This document shows, piece after piece, positions 50,972 to 59,939 of a DNA stretch of 64,000 nucleotides. Position numbers and translations under genes: made by a program. The notes under the pieces were generated by a model. That model was not told the DNA's origin, made no database searches, and was given only the letters and a program-made list of their open reading frames with translations. The stretch's first letter is position 1, and each line of letters starts with the position of its first letter. Source of the stretch: Gemmatimonadales bacterium (lineage in GTDB: Bacteria > Gemmatimonadota > Gemmatimonadetes > Gemmatimonadales > Gemmatimonadaceae); the NCBI GenBank assembly GCA_038250435.1, contig JBBSCJ010000017.1, forward strand, positions 3,450 to 67,449, given 5' to 3'.

Positions 50972-51445
50972 ATGGCTCCCGGACAACCCATGCGCTCGCT
51001 CGCCCAACAACTGTTAGAGGTCGCCGACCCGTCGATCGTCGTCCCGACCTGCCGCAACATCGCTGAGTCTGTCGACCTGAACGCCCGGGAGAAGGAAGAC
51101 CTGGCGGCGGAAGCAGAAAGCCTGTCGGCGCAGATCACGTCACTCGCGTCGTCGCTGCAGCATCCCGACGACGAACCGGACCTGTACCGTAGCCTCGCCG
51201 CCTTGTGGCTGGAATTGCGCTTCGCCTGGCAACGGCACAACATGGTGGCGAACTACGACACCATTGGTACCGGCTCGTGCGCGCCGATCGTTCTTGCGCG
51301 CGCCTCGACGGCTTCGTTCTTTCTCCAGCGCATCGAGGCGTTGCTCGCCCGCGAGCACCTCGATAAACTCGGCGACACGGCCGTCGAACTGCTCGACAGC
51401 GTGCGAACGGACGTGGATAGCGGCAATCTTGGCGTGGCCGCGTAA
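50972..51445 (+). CDS. hypothetical protein sharing a novel domain with the N-terminus of the CheA-like protein
   Basis: 157 aa. LAALWLELRFAWQRHNMVANYDTIGTGSCAPIVLARASTASFFLQRIEALL aligns by eye with LPSIWLELRFEWMRYNMQMQYQTVLRGTADPLLMARGASLSSILDAVEFHL in the 52555..54033 product. Confidence 0.55.
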   Translation: MAPGQPMRSLAQQLLEVADPSIVVPTCRNIAESVDLNAREKEDLAAEAESLSAQITSLASSLQHPDDEPDLYRSLAALWLELRFAWQRHNMVANYDTIGTGSCAPIVLARASTASFFLQRIEALLAREHLDKLGDTAVELLDSVRTDVDSGNLGVAA

Positions 51446-51446
51446 C

Positions 51447-52547
51447 GTGTTCACGACGCTTCTGAAACGCCTGCTTCGCGCAGCCACCGCGCGCTTACCA
51501 TGGCGTTCGCGACCGCCCCTCCTCAGCGAGTCGGCAGCGCCGTCCACCGTCGCCGTGGTCTCGATCGAGATCGCGGCACCGGCACCCGCTCCAACAGCAG
51601 CCGCGGCGCCAGTAGCGGAAGCGCGGACGGTCGTGTCGCCCGCCGAACCGACGGTGGCGTACGCGCCATCCGAGGCGTGGACGGAGCGGCTGGCTGCCGC
51701 CTACGCGTTGCAGAGCGATCATGCCACTGAATCGACAAACCCTGACGCGACGGCGCTGTTGCAGCTGCTCGCGGAAGGCCCTGACACGGTGATTCGCCAG
51801 ATGCCGGCGGCGGCTCGTGAGGCGCTCGCCATCTGCGACGACAATAGCCTGTCGCGTCGCGCACTTGCGCAGCGCCTGGAACGCGATCCTGCGCTGATGC
51901 AGGGGCTGTTGCGGACCGCCAACAGCGCCGCGATCGGCGGTGGACGCGCGCCCGCTGTGGGACTCGACGCCGTACTCGATCGCATCGGCGTGGCGGGGGC
52001 GCGCGGAGTCGTGCTCGCCAACTGTGTCGATGGACTGCTGAGTCATCCGGGCGGCGAGTTCAACCGCCTCGCCAGCGAGACGTGGGCGCACATGGTGCGC
52101 AGTGCGCCGATTGCCCGCGCGGCGGCACCGGCGTTTGCGGCCGACGCCGATGAAGCGTTTACCGTCGCCTTGCTCCACGACGTAGGGAAACTTGTGGTGT
52201 TCGATCGCCTCTCCGTTTTGCGCGCGAAACGTCGACGCGCCGTGACCCTCGCGCCCGACTTCGTGCATCAGCTGCTCCAACTGCTCCATGAGCCGCTCGG
52301 CGCCCTCGCCGCGCTCCAATGGGGTATGGGTGACCGGGCCGCCACCGCGATCGGCACCCACCATCGGGTCGCGGCCGCGCGGGGACGTCATCCACTCGCC
52401 GAAGCCATCTTCTTTGCCGAACGCGCGGACCATGCCGAACGACGTCAGGAACCTTTCGATGTTGATCTCGCGTGGACCGAAGGCAAGCTGACCGGCTCCG
52501 TGAATCGCGCCGTTGCGGCGCTGCAATCGCTTCCAACCGCCGCGTGA
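51447..52547 (+). CDS. HDOD domain protein
   Basis: GTG 51447 one nt after the upstream stop (start uncertain). Ala/Pro-rich N-terminal region. HDOD signatures RDPALMQGLLRTANSAAIG and ALLHDVGKLVVFD. Confidence 0.7.
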   Translation: MFTTLLKRLLRAATARLPWRSRPPLLSESAAPSTVAVVSIEIAAPAPAPTAAAAPVAEARTVVSPAEPTVAYAPSEAWTERLAAAYALQSDHATESTNPDATALLQLLAEGPDTVIRQMPAAAREALAICDDNSLSRRALAQRLERDPALMQGLLRTANSAAIGGGRAPAVGLDAVLDRIGVAGARGVVLANCVDGLLSHPGGEFNRLASETWAHMVRSAPIARAAAPAFAADADEAFTVALLHDVGKLVVFDRLSVLRAKRRRAVTLAPDFVHQLLQLLHEPLGALAALQWGMGDRAATAIGTHHRVAAARGRHPLAEAIFFAERADHAERRQEPFDVDLAWTEGKLTGSVNRAVAALQSLPTAA

Positions 52548-52554
52548 TCGTCAC

Positions 52555-54033
52555 ATGAGCGACCGTCTGTTCGACCTGTTGACGCTTCTGGAGAGCACAC
52601 AAGTCCGGGAACGTATCCGCCAGATGATCGATGAGCTCGGGAGCATCGGCGACGACGATGCCCGAGCGCTGGAGGCGGCGATGAACGCGCGCCTCTGCGG
52701 TATTGCGGAGTCGCTCCGTGATGTCTGCATCGACGACGACACCACGGAAGCACTCGCCATGCTCCCCTCGATCTGGCTCGAGCTGCGCTTCGAGTGGATG
52801 CGCTACAACATGCAGATGCAGTACCAGACCGTCCTGCGTGGCACAGCCGACCCGTTGCTCATGGCCCGGGGCGCGTCGCTGTCTTCCATCCTTGACGCCG
52901 TCGAATTCCATCTGGATGCGGAGGCGGCGTTCATTGTCAACAAGATCGCGGCTGACCCGTCGGGGGCTGCACGCGGCGCTATCGACAAGACTGACCGACT
53001 CTTCAGCATCCTGTTCACCGCCAGCGCCGGCGGCCGCGCTGCCGTGGAAGCGCTGCTCCTCGTTCAACATCAGATCGCCAAGCATACGGATTCAATTCCC
53101 GTGCGCAACGAGATGCGAAAAGCGATCAGCACGGTCATGGAACGCATCGGCGGCGCGCTGCTCGTGACGGTCGATGACTTCATCAGTGCGCTCCAGGGTA
53201 CCCTCCTGCGCAAACTGGGCGACGCGATGGTCCGGGTGGTGCTGTATGACGCGAGTCCGAATCCCTCCCTCTGCGTGCCGAGCGCTGTCGCCAACGGCCT
53301 GCTGTCGGCCGCCGGCGACTGGATGACTGCCCTGCGCGACAGCTCCATGTCGCTCGGAGCGCGTGAACGTCTCGCAGCCGGACGGCCATCGTACGTCACC
53401 CTGACGGCGACGTTGAACCAGATCGGCGATCGCGTCGAGCTCACGCTTGCCGACGACGCTGATGGCGCCGTGTTGTACACGCCCGACTGGAACGCGTGGC
53501 CTATCAGCGATTTCACCCTGCATCTGCAGCAGGAAGCGAACGTCGGCAGCGCGCTCGTCATCAGCTGCAATGTCACCAGCATCCGGGAATACGTCATGCT
53601 GCGCGTCGGTGCCGGGGACGATGACGCGTTCATCGGCATCCCGATGCACATGATCAATCACATCGAGAGACGTGACCAGAGCGCGCTCGCGCTGCAAGGG
53701 ATGCGACTCATCGAGCGAGTGACCGGCGGAACCGTACCGCTCATCGATCTCGGCGACGCGCTCTTCGGCGCCGCGATCCCCACCATCGACGGGACATATG
53801 TGCACATACGCCTGGAAGACACAGACGTATCGCCGGGTGGCATCATCGCGGTGCGGGTACGAGGGGTGGAAGGTATCTGCCGCGGCAGCGTGCGGTCGGC
53901 CCATCAGATGCTTTCTGCAAGCCCGCTCCGCGGCTTCCTGCAGACGGACAGCCGTATCGTAGCCGTCCTGGATTTTGACCGACTCCTGGGGCACCGCGTG
54001 CGCACCCATGGGGAAGCCTTGCGGGCGGCCTGA
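52555..54033 (+). CDS. CheA-like protein: novel N-domain + degenerate HATPase (P4-like) + CheW-like (P5) domain, no Hpt
   Basis: ERLAAGRPSYVTLTATLNQIGDRVELTLADDADG resembles CheA EKRLAAGK..G.L.LSA.H.GG...IEV.DDG.G. The C-terminal FIGIPMHMINHIER...VPLIDLGDALFG...IIAVRVRGVEGI...GFLQTDSRIVAVLDFDRLLG matches the CheW/P5 pattern. N-box, G1/G2 boxes and the phosphorylatable His domain were not found. Confidence 0.55.
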   Translation: MSDRLFDLLTLLESTQVRERIRQMIDELGSIGDDDARALEAAMNARLCGIAESLRDVCIDDDTTEALAMLPSIWLELRFEWMRYNMQMQYQTVLRGTADPLLMARGASLSSILDAVEFHLDAEAAFIVNKIAADPSGAARGAIDKTDRLFSILFTASAGGRAAVEALLLVQHQIAKHTDSIPVRNEMRKAISTVMERIGGALLVTVDDFISALQGTLLRKLGDAMVRVVLYDASPNPSLCVPSAVANGLLSAAGDWMTALRDSSMSLGARERLAAGRPSYVTLTATLNQIGDRVELTLADDADGAVLYTPDWNAWPISDFTLHLQQEANVGSALVISCNVTSIREYVMLRVGAGDDDAFIGIPMHMINHIERRDQSALALQGMRLIERVTGGTVPLIDLGDALFGAAIPTIDGTYVHIRLEDTDVSPGGIIAVRVRGVEGICRGSVRSAHQMLSASPLRGFLQTDSRIVAVLDFDRLLGHRVRTHGEALRAA

Positions 54034-54035
54034 CC

Positions 54036-55673
54036 ATGTCCGAACGAACTCCTGCCTCGATCGACGTCGGCGCGGTCGTGACAACGCGGCACGTCTTCGA
54101 TATCGCACACGGGTACCGCACGGCGGCGCTCGGGAGTGCGGCGCGGGCGCGCATGCAGGCCTCACACACGACATTGGCGCGGATGGTTGCCGAGCGTCGA
54201 CGGATTTATGGCGTGACCACGGGTTACGGTCCCCTTGCCTCGCATCCAATCTCGCCCGAGCACGCCGCGACGCTGCAGCGGAACCTCGTGTACCACCTCT
54301 GCAGCGGTGTCGGCAAGCCGCTGTCGCGTCTCCACACCCGCGCGATGATGGTCGCGCGGGCCGCGAGTCTCGCTCGCGGTTATTCCGGCGTGAGTGAGAC
54401 GCTGTTCCGCACGCTGCTCGACTGCCTGGAACGCGACCTGGTACCCGTGGTCCCCGAGATGGGGACGGTGGGTGCCAGCGGTGATCTCACGCCACTCGCC
54501 CACGTTGCGCTGGCCATGCTCGGCGAGGGCGAAATGTGGTATCGCGGCGAACGCTTGCCGGCGGCGCAAGCGCTGCGCGCGGCTGGCCTGGCACCAATCA
54601 CGCTCGGCCACAAGGAGGGAATCGCCCTTGTGAATGGCACCTCGTGCATGACAGGCATCGCCGCCGTCAATGCCGAGCGTGCGCGCCGGGCCGCTGACCT
54701 CGCGCTCCGCCTGTCGGTGCTCTTTGCGGAGTGCCTGAACGGACGTCTCGAGGCCTGGGACCCCCGCTTCGCGGTCGCCCGCCCGCATGCCGGGCAGGTG
54801 GTCGCCCACGCCGCGCTCGCGCGGTGGAGTGCCGGTAGCTCACGCCTCCGCGCCACCATACAGCCCCCTGAGCGACTCGACGAGTCCGAGTCCCGCGAGG
54901 GCTGGTTGCCCGAAGGCGAGCTGCCGCAGGATCCGTACACGATCCGCTGCGTCCCGCAGCTCATCGGCGCTGTGCTGGACGTCCTCGCGTTCCACGACAA
55001 CATCGTTGCAACCGAGCTGCAGAGCGCCACCGACAATCCGCTCGTTTTCGCCGACGACGAGGCGATCCTGCACGGTGGCAATTTCTATGGACAGCATGTC
55101 GCGTTTGCCTCGGACACGCTGTTGCTTGGCGTAGCGAAGCTGGCCATTCATGCCGAACGATGCGTCGCACGCATCACCGATCGCGCGCAGAACCAGGGAC
55201 TCCCCGCGTTTCTGCACGGCGGACCCGATGGCGTGAATTCCGGATTCATGGGCGCACAGGTCACCGCCAGCGCCCTCATCGCAGAGCTGCGCACCCGCGC
55301 GGTGCCGGCGTCGATCCAGTCCGTTCCCACGAACGCCAATAATCAGGACGTCGTCACCATGGGCACGATCGCCGCGCGCAAAACAGCCGACGTGCTGGAC
55401 CTCGTTTATCTGGTGCTCAGCATCCAAGCCTTGGCGCTTGCCCAGGCGGCCGAAATGCGGGGGGGTTCGGAGCTGTCCGGCTTCGCGCCCGCCAGCTGTG
55501 CCATGGTACGATGGATTCGCGAGACAGCCTCCCCGCTCGTCGCCGACCGGCCGTTGGCCCCGGACATCGAATGCCTGGCCGCGCGACTCGAAATGGTCGA
55601 CTGGGGAAGCGAACACTGCGAGGATGCCGCGCAGACGCCGAACGACGCGGACGAACTCGCACTCGTGTTTTGA
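54036..55673 (+). CDS. tal: aromatic amino acid ammonia-lyase, predicted tyrosine ammonia-lyase (p-coumarate synthesis)
   Basis: MIO-forming GASGDLTPLAH (ASG codons 54474-54482). His-Leu (54294-54299) in NLVYHLCSGVG, at what I recall as the Tyr-selectivity switch. Same operon as pyp. No hutU/hutI nearby. Confidence 0.8.
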   Translation: MSERTPASIDVGAVVTTRHVFDIAHGYRTAALGSAARARMQASHTTLARMVAERRRIYGVTTGYGPLASHPISPEHAATLQRNLVYHLCSGVGKPLSRLHTRAMMVARAASLARGYSGVSETLFRTLLDCLERDLVPVVPEMGTVGASGDLTPLAHVALAMLGEGEMWYRGERLPAAQALRAAGLAPITLGHKEGIALVNGTSCMTGIAAVNAERARRAADLALRLSVLFAECLNGRLEAWDPRFAVARPHAGQVVAHAALARWSAGSSRLRATIQPPERLDESESREGWLPEGELPQDPYTIRCVPQLIGAVLDVLAFHDNIVATELQSATDNPLVFADDEAILHGGNFYGQHVAFASDTLLLGVAKLAIHAERCVARITDRAQNQGLPAFLHGGPDGVNSGFMGAQVTASALIAELRTRAVPASIQSVPTNANNQDVVTMGTIAARKTADVLDLVYLVLSIQALALAQAAEMRGGSELSGFAPASCAMVRWIRETASPLVADRPLAPDIECLAARLEMVDWGSEHCEDAAQTPNDADELALVF

Positions 55674-55781
55674 TCCTGACGCTTCCCGATACGCCGACTG
55701 TCTACTCGGCCGAGCTGTTCCCGGCGCGTTGAAGTGACCACGCTGAGCGCGCCGAGGGAGCGGACACCGGGGGAGCAGTCA

Positions 55782-56945
55782 TCAAAAAATTACCGCAGTG
55801 CCGTTTCCTTGTTCGTGTGGCGTGGTATGCGTCGCGCGCCTGACAAAACGGTAGCAGCCGTCGTCGATCGCTTCGACGATATCGCCGGTGCGTTGCCACG
55901 CCGCACTGTCGCTTCGCTGTAGACCATCGCGCGTCCAGCGCCCGACGCAGGCATTCGCCCCGCGAAAGGCGAGCACGCCGTCGGAGTCGATGCGCACCTC
56001 ACACCCAATCGCACGGCCGAGTAATCGCGCGGACCACACGCCGGCCCCGCCCAGCGCGATACCCGCCGACGCTTCAGTCTGTCCGTACCCGGCACGCAAG
56101 CGTGTCGATTGCAGCTGCGTCGCGAGATTTGCGGAGATTGGTGCGCCTCCGACCACCCCGCCGGTCAACCGGCGAAGCAAGGAGGCTCCCCGTCCTTGGG
56201 CGAACAGACGCGCGGCAAGCGCCGGTCGCAGCTCCACGTGGGTTATCGGATGGGCGTCCGCCAGATCGAGCAGCGACGGGATATCCTGGCCGCCATCGGG
56301 ATCCCGTACGATTTCGTGCGCATGGAGCAGCGCCATCAGCAACCCTGTCACCAAGCCGGAGGCCTGATGCCAAGGCAGCACGCTCAGCATGCAGCCGCCG
56401 GTCGGTGCGACGAACGGCGCATGGCTGTCGAGTACGGCGAGCACGCTCGCGTCGGAGAGCGCAACCCATGTCGGTTCCCCCCTGGTACCCGATGTCCGCA
56501 GCAACACACACACGTCGGGAGTCACGGCACCATCGGCGATTCGTAGCGACGGCAAGGACCGGTCCGGCCAGCCCGCGTCACCTGGCTCGAAGCAATACGA
56601 CGCAGGCGCCACTCCTGCAGCAAATGAATCACGGACAATCAGTCGCGCATCCAGCATTGCCAGGAGCGCCTCCAGCCGATCTCCTTCGACATCGCGCGGC
56701 GCGACCGGTGCCAACGTCACGCCGTCCCACAGCGACGCGATCAGCAGTTGCACGAAGGCCGCACCGGGCGGCAGCGCGCAGACCACACGATCGCCGCGCC
56801 TGATGCCGGCCTCGCGCAGCGCGCGCACCCACTGGCGCGAGCCCGCCCACAGCGATGCCGCCGTCCAGATGTGATCGGGAAGCACCAGCAAGGGCGTGGC
56901 CTGTCCCGCAAAGCGCGCGTACAGCCGATCGCGCCATCCGTTCAT
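55782..56945 (-). CDS. pcl: 4-coumarate-CoA ligase-like adenylating enzyme (pCL), short form
   Basis: AMP-binding motifs [13 protein letters not shown] (A3), GYGQTEAS (A5), WQRTGDIV (A8). The ORF stops about 35 aa after TGD, so the usual C-terminal subdomain appears absent. Confidence 0.7.
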   Translation of the reverse strand: MNGWRDRLYARFAGQATPLLVLPDHIWTAASLWAGSRQWVRALREAGIRRGDRVVCALPPGAAFVQLLIASLWDGVTLAPVAPRDVEGDRLEALLAMLDARLIVRDSFAAGVAPASYCFEPGDAGWPDRSLPSLRIADGAVTPDVCVLLRTSGTRGEPTWVALSDASVLAVLDSHAPFVAPTGGCMLSVLPWHQASGLVTGLLMALLHAHEIVRDPDGGQDIPSLLDLADAHPITHVELRPALAARLFAQGRGASLLRRLTGGVVGGAPISANLATQLQSTRLRAGYGQTEASAGIALGGAGVWSARLLGRAIGCEVRIDSDGVLAFRGANACVGRWTRDGLQRSDSAAWQRTGDIVEAIDDGCYRFVRRATHTTPHEQGNGTAVIF

Positions 56946-56957
56946 GCGCTACGCTCC

Positions 56958-58145
56958 CTACGCCGCTGGCAGCCGTCTCACCGCCAACAACGTCACGTCA
57001 TCTGCTGGTGGCGCGCCCGCTGCATGCCCGTGAACCGCGTCGAGCACTCGGTCGAGCAGGACATCGGCGGAACCGCTCGGCGACGCAAGCAGTGCATCGG
57101 TCGCGTCATCGCCGAACAGCAACCCGTTTGGCGCACGGGACTCGGTGATCCCATCAGTAATTACCAGCAGCGTTTCGCCGGGTGCCAGCACGATCGTGCC
57201 CACCGCAAACGGAATCTCCGGCAGCATACCCACGGCCGGTCCGGTTGGCGGCAGCATCGTGCGCACGCTCCCGTTGGCGCGCACCACGCGCGGCGGCTCG
57301 TGCCCGCCGTTGACGTATGCGATCGTTCCGGTAGACGGATCGAGCGCTCCCACGAACAGCGTTGCGAACATATTTGCCCGCCCATGCGTGTTGGCGATGT
57401 AATCGTTCGTAACGGTGACCGCGTACAGCACGCGGGACTCCAACATGTCCACGGTGTGCGACCCGACCTGCGAGGCAGATACGGCGCGAATGAGCGAGCG
57501 AAACAGCGCCATGAACAGCGCGGCACCGACGCCCTTGTCGCACACATCACCGAGCACGAGAGCCACCGCGCCATCGGGCAGGCGGAACGCATCATAGAAA
57601 TCACCACCAACTTCCCGCGCCGGTTCGAAGCGCGCGGCGAGTTCATAGCCCGTCACTGCGGGCAGGCTCTCCGGCAGAAAATCGCGCTGGATGCGGGCGC
57701 CGACCTCGAGATCTTTCTGCATGCGTTGCGCGCGCGCCTGCTCGCGGTCACGCAGTCGCTTTTTCTCGAGCGACGCACCTACGCGGGCGCGCAGCAGCAC
57801 CGGATCGAACGGCTTCGGGAGATAGTCTTCCGCCCCCAGTTCGATGCACTTCACGACCGTCTCGAGCTCGGTGTTGGCCGAGATCATGATTACCGGAATG
57901 TGCTGCGTACGGTCATTCGCCTTGAGCGCAGTCAACGCCCCCAGGCCATCGAGCACGGGCATCATCACGTCGAGCATGATCAGATCCCACGACGGATCGC
58001 TCGTGAGATCGAGCGCTTCCTGTCCGTCACTGGCGGTCGTCACCACATGCCCCATCTTCTGCAGACGACGCGACAGCAGATCGCGGTTCACCTCGACATC
58101 ATCGACCACCATGATCCGTGCCGGGGCCGACCGGTCTTCAGTCAT
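56958..58145 (-). CDS. response regulator receiver + PP2C/SpoIIE serine phosphatase (RsbU/HsbR-type)
   Basis: REC domain IMVVDDVEVNRDLL...DLIMLDVMMPVLDG...KPF. PP2C region REVGGDFYDAF...VLGDVCDKGVGAALFM...GGHEPP...LLVITDGITE. ATG 58145 gives an ATGA overlap with the upstream patatin gene. Confidence 0.85.
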   Translation of the reverse strand: MTEDRSAPARIMVVDDVEVNRDLLSRRLQKMGHVVTTASDGQEALDLTSDPSWDLIMLDVMMPVLDGLGALTALKANDRTQHIPVIMISANTELETVVKCIELGAEDYLPKPFDPVLLRARVGASLEKKRLRDREQARAQRMQKDLEVGARIQRDFLPESLPAVTGYELAARFEPAREVGGDFYDAFRLPDGAVALVLGDVCDKGVGAALFMALFRSLIRAVSASQVGSHTVDMLESRVLYAVTVTNDYIANTHGRANMFATLFVGALDPSTGTIAYVNGGHEPPRVVRANGSVRTMLPPTGPAVGMLPEIPFAVGTIVLAPGETLLVITDGITESRAPNGLLFGDDATDALLASPSGSADVLLDRVLDAVHGHAAGAPPADDVTLLAVRRLPAA

Positions 58146-59074
58146 CGAACTGGCCACAGGCCTGGTGTCGGAAGCGGGCCAATCATCGATGCCTGCAGCA
58201 GGCGTCGCAAGTACGGCATCTGTTCTTCGGCGGCGCGCTCGCCTTGTTCGATGAGATACGGAATGTGCTGCGTCTCGGTGAGACCGATGTGGCGATCGAG
58301 CAAAGGCATGATCGGCAGCACTTCGGCGTGGTGCGCGACGCTGTAAAAGGCGAAGGTCGCGCGAAGCAGGTGATTGGTCACGATCGTGGACGTCCGCCCC
58401 AACGCATTCACCAGCGAGCGGACCTCGGCGTTCATCTGACTTTCAAAGCCCATCGCGAGAATGATGTCGCAGCCTTCGCGGATTGCGACATCGATCGGCA
58501 GCGGGTTTGACGCGCCGCCGTCCACCAGCATGCGACCATCGACTTCCCAGGCGCGCAGCAGCATCGGGATCGCAATGCTGGCCCGCGTGGCGTCGGTGAT
58601 GCGTCCCGAATCGAGCACAACTTTGTCGCCCGTGCGAAAATCGGTGGCCGACTGCAGCAGCGGGATTCTGGTGTCGGCAAAGGTGCGCTCGCCGAACAGC
58701 GATTCGAGCACCTTCCACACCTGACGATCGTCCACCATCCCCACCCGCTCGTGATAGCCCATGAACATCGGGGCGATCGCGCGCAAGAGGGATCGGTAAT
58801 GCAGCTTGTTGAAAAGGTCTTTCCAAAGCACCAGCGTTTGCCGCTCGATTTCGGTCGCGCTGTCGCCGAGGACGTAGAGCGCGCTGTAGATCGCGCCGCC
58901 ACTGCACCCCACCACGACGTCTACGGGGATGTTTTCGCGCTCGAGCACCTTGAGCAGTCCCACCGCAGCCGTGCACTTGATGCCGCCTGACCCGATCACC
59001 AAACCGATGCGCGCGCGGCGTTCGCCGAAGTCGCCGAGCGAACGTTCACCGGTAGCGCCGAGTCGGAGGGACAT
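58142..59074 (-). CDS. patatin-like phospholipase (copy 1)
   Basis: Oxyanion GSGGIKC, nucleophile elbow GCSGG, catalytic Asp motif VDGGASNPLP. Confidence 0.85.
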   Translation of the reverse strand: MSLRLGATGERSLGDFGERRARIGLVIGSGGIKCTAAVGLLKVLERENIPVDVVVGCSGGAIYSALYVLGDSATEIERQTLVLWKDLFNKLHYRSLLRAIAPMFMGYHERVGMVDDRQVWKVLESLFGERTFADTRIPLLQSATDFRTGDKVVLDSGRITDATRASIAIPMLLRAWEVDGRMLVDGGASNPLPIDVAIREGCDIILAMGFESQMNAEVRSLVNALGRTSTIVTNHLLRATFAFYSVAHHAEVLPIMPLLDRHIGLTETQHIPYLIEQGERAAEEQMPYLRRLLQASMIGPLPTPGLWPVR

Positions 59075-59084
59075 CAGCGCGTGT

Positions 59085-59939
59085 TCATTCAGGCACCGCG
59101 GCCAGGAGCCGGCGCAGGTACGGAAGCTGCTCCCGCATGGCGGCGTCTCCCTCGTCGATCAGCAACGGAATCTTTCCGGTATCGAACAGCCGGATACGCT
59201 GCGAGAACTGCGGGATCACGGCGATCACTTCGCTGTGGTGAGCAAGGCCGTGAAACGCGAACGACGCCTTGAGCAGGTTGTTCGTCATGATGCTGCTGAG
59301 TTGAAACGCGAAGCGTCCCCCCGACGTCACCCGGTCCTGATACGGGCTTTCGAAACCCATCGCGATAATGACGTGTGCCCCTTCGCGGATCGCCACTCCT
59401 ACCGGCAGCGGATCGGAGAGGAAGCCGTCGATGCACAGTCGGCCATTCACTTCCCACGGCGCGAACGCAAACGGAATCGCGATGCTGGCCCGCACGGCAT
59501 CAGCGAGGCGCCCTTCGCTGATCGTGACCTGCTCGCCGGTGCGGAAATCGGTGGCGGTGATGAACAGTGGGATCTTGCAGTCGGCAAAGGTGAGATCACC
59601 GAAGGCCGTGGTCAGACGCTCCCACACCACGTGATCCTTCTTGAGGCCGAACCGCTCGGTGAAGCCGAGCAGCCTGGGAAACAGCATGCGCATCAGCGCG
59701 GCGCGATCGGGCTGCGCGGTCACGTCGCGGGTCCACAACGTGGTGCTCATCGCCGCCGCTTCCTCGGCGTTCTTCCCGAGGGCGATCGCGGCAGCGTAGA
59801 TCGATCCGCCACTGCAGCCGACCACCAGGTCGATGTTGATCGACTCCCGCGCGAGGCATCGCTGCAGTCCGATGGCGGCGGCGCACTTCACGCCGCCGGA
59901 GCCGATCACCAGCGCAATGCCGCTCCCGTCACGTCTCAC
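59085..59939 (-). CDS. patatin-like phospholipase (copy 2)
   Basis: GTG 59939 overlaps the STAS stop (GTGA). GSGGVKC, GCSGG, IDGFLSDPLP. The track ORF extension to 60299 is antisense-frame overlap with the STAS gene. Confidence 0.8.
   Translation of the reverse strand: MRRDGSGIALVIGSGGVKCAAAIGLQRCLARESINIDLVVGCSGGSIYAAAIALGKNAEEAAAMSTTLWTRDVTAQPDRAALMRMLFPRLLGFTERFGLKKDHVVWERLTTAFGDLTFADCKIPLFITATDFRTGEQVTISEGRLADAVRASIAIPFAFAPWEVNGRLCIDGFLSDPLPVGVAIREGAHVIIAMGFESPYQDRVTSGGRFAFQLSSIMTNNLLKASFAFHGLAHHSEVIAVIPQFSQRIRLFDTGKIPLLIDEGDAAMREQLPYLRRLLAAVPE

Noticed and set aside
54036-55673. Histidine ammonia-lyase (hutH) instead of TAL
   Set aside because: There is no hutU/hutI context. The gene is in an operon with pyp, and His-Leu rather than the Ser-His I recall for histidases sits at the selectivity position. 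A biochemical check is still needed.
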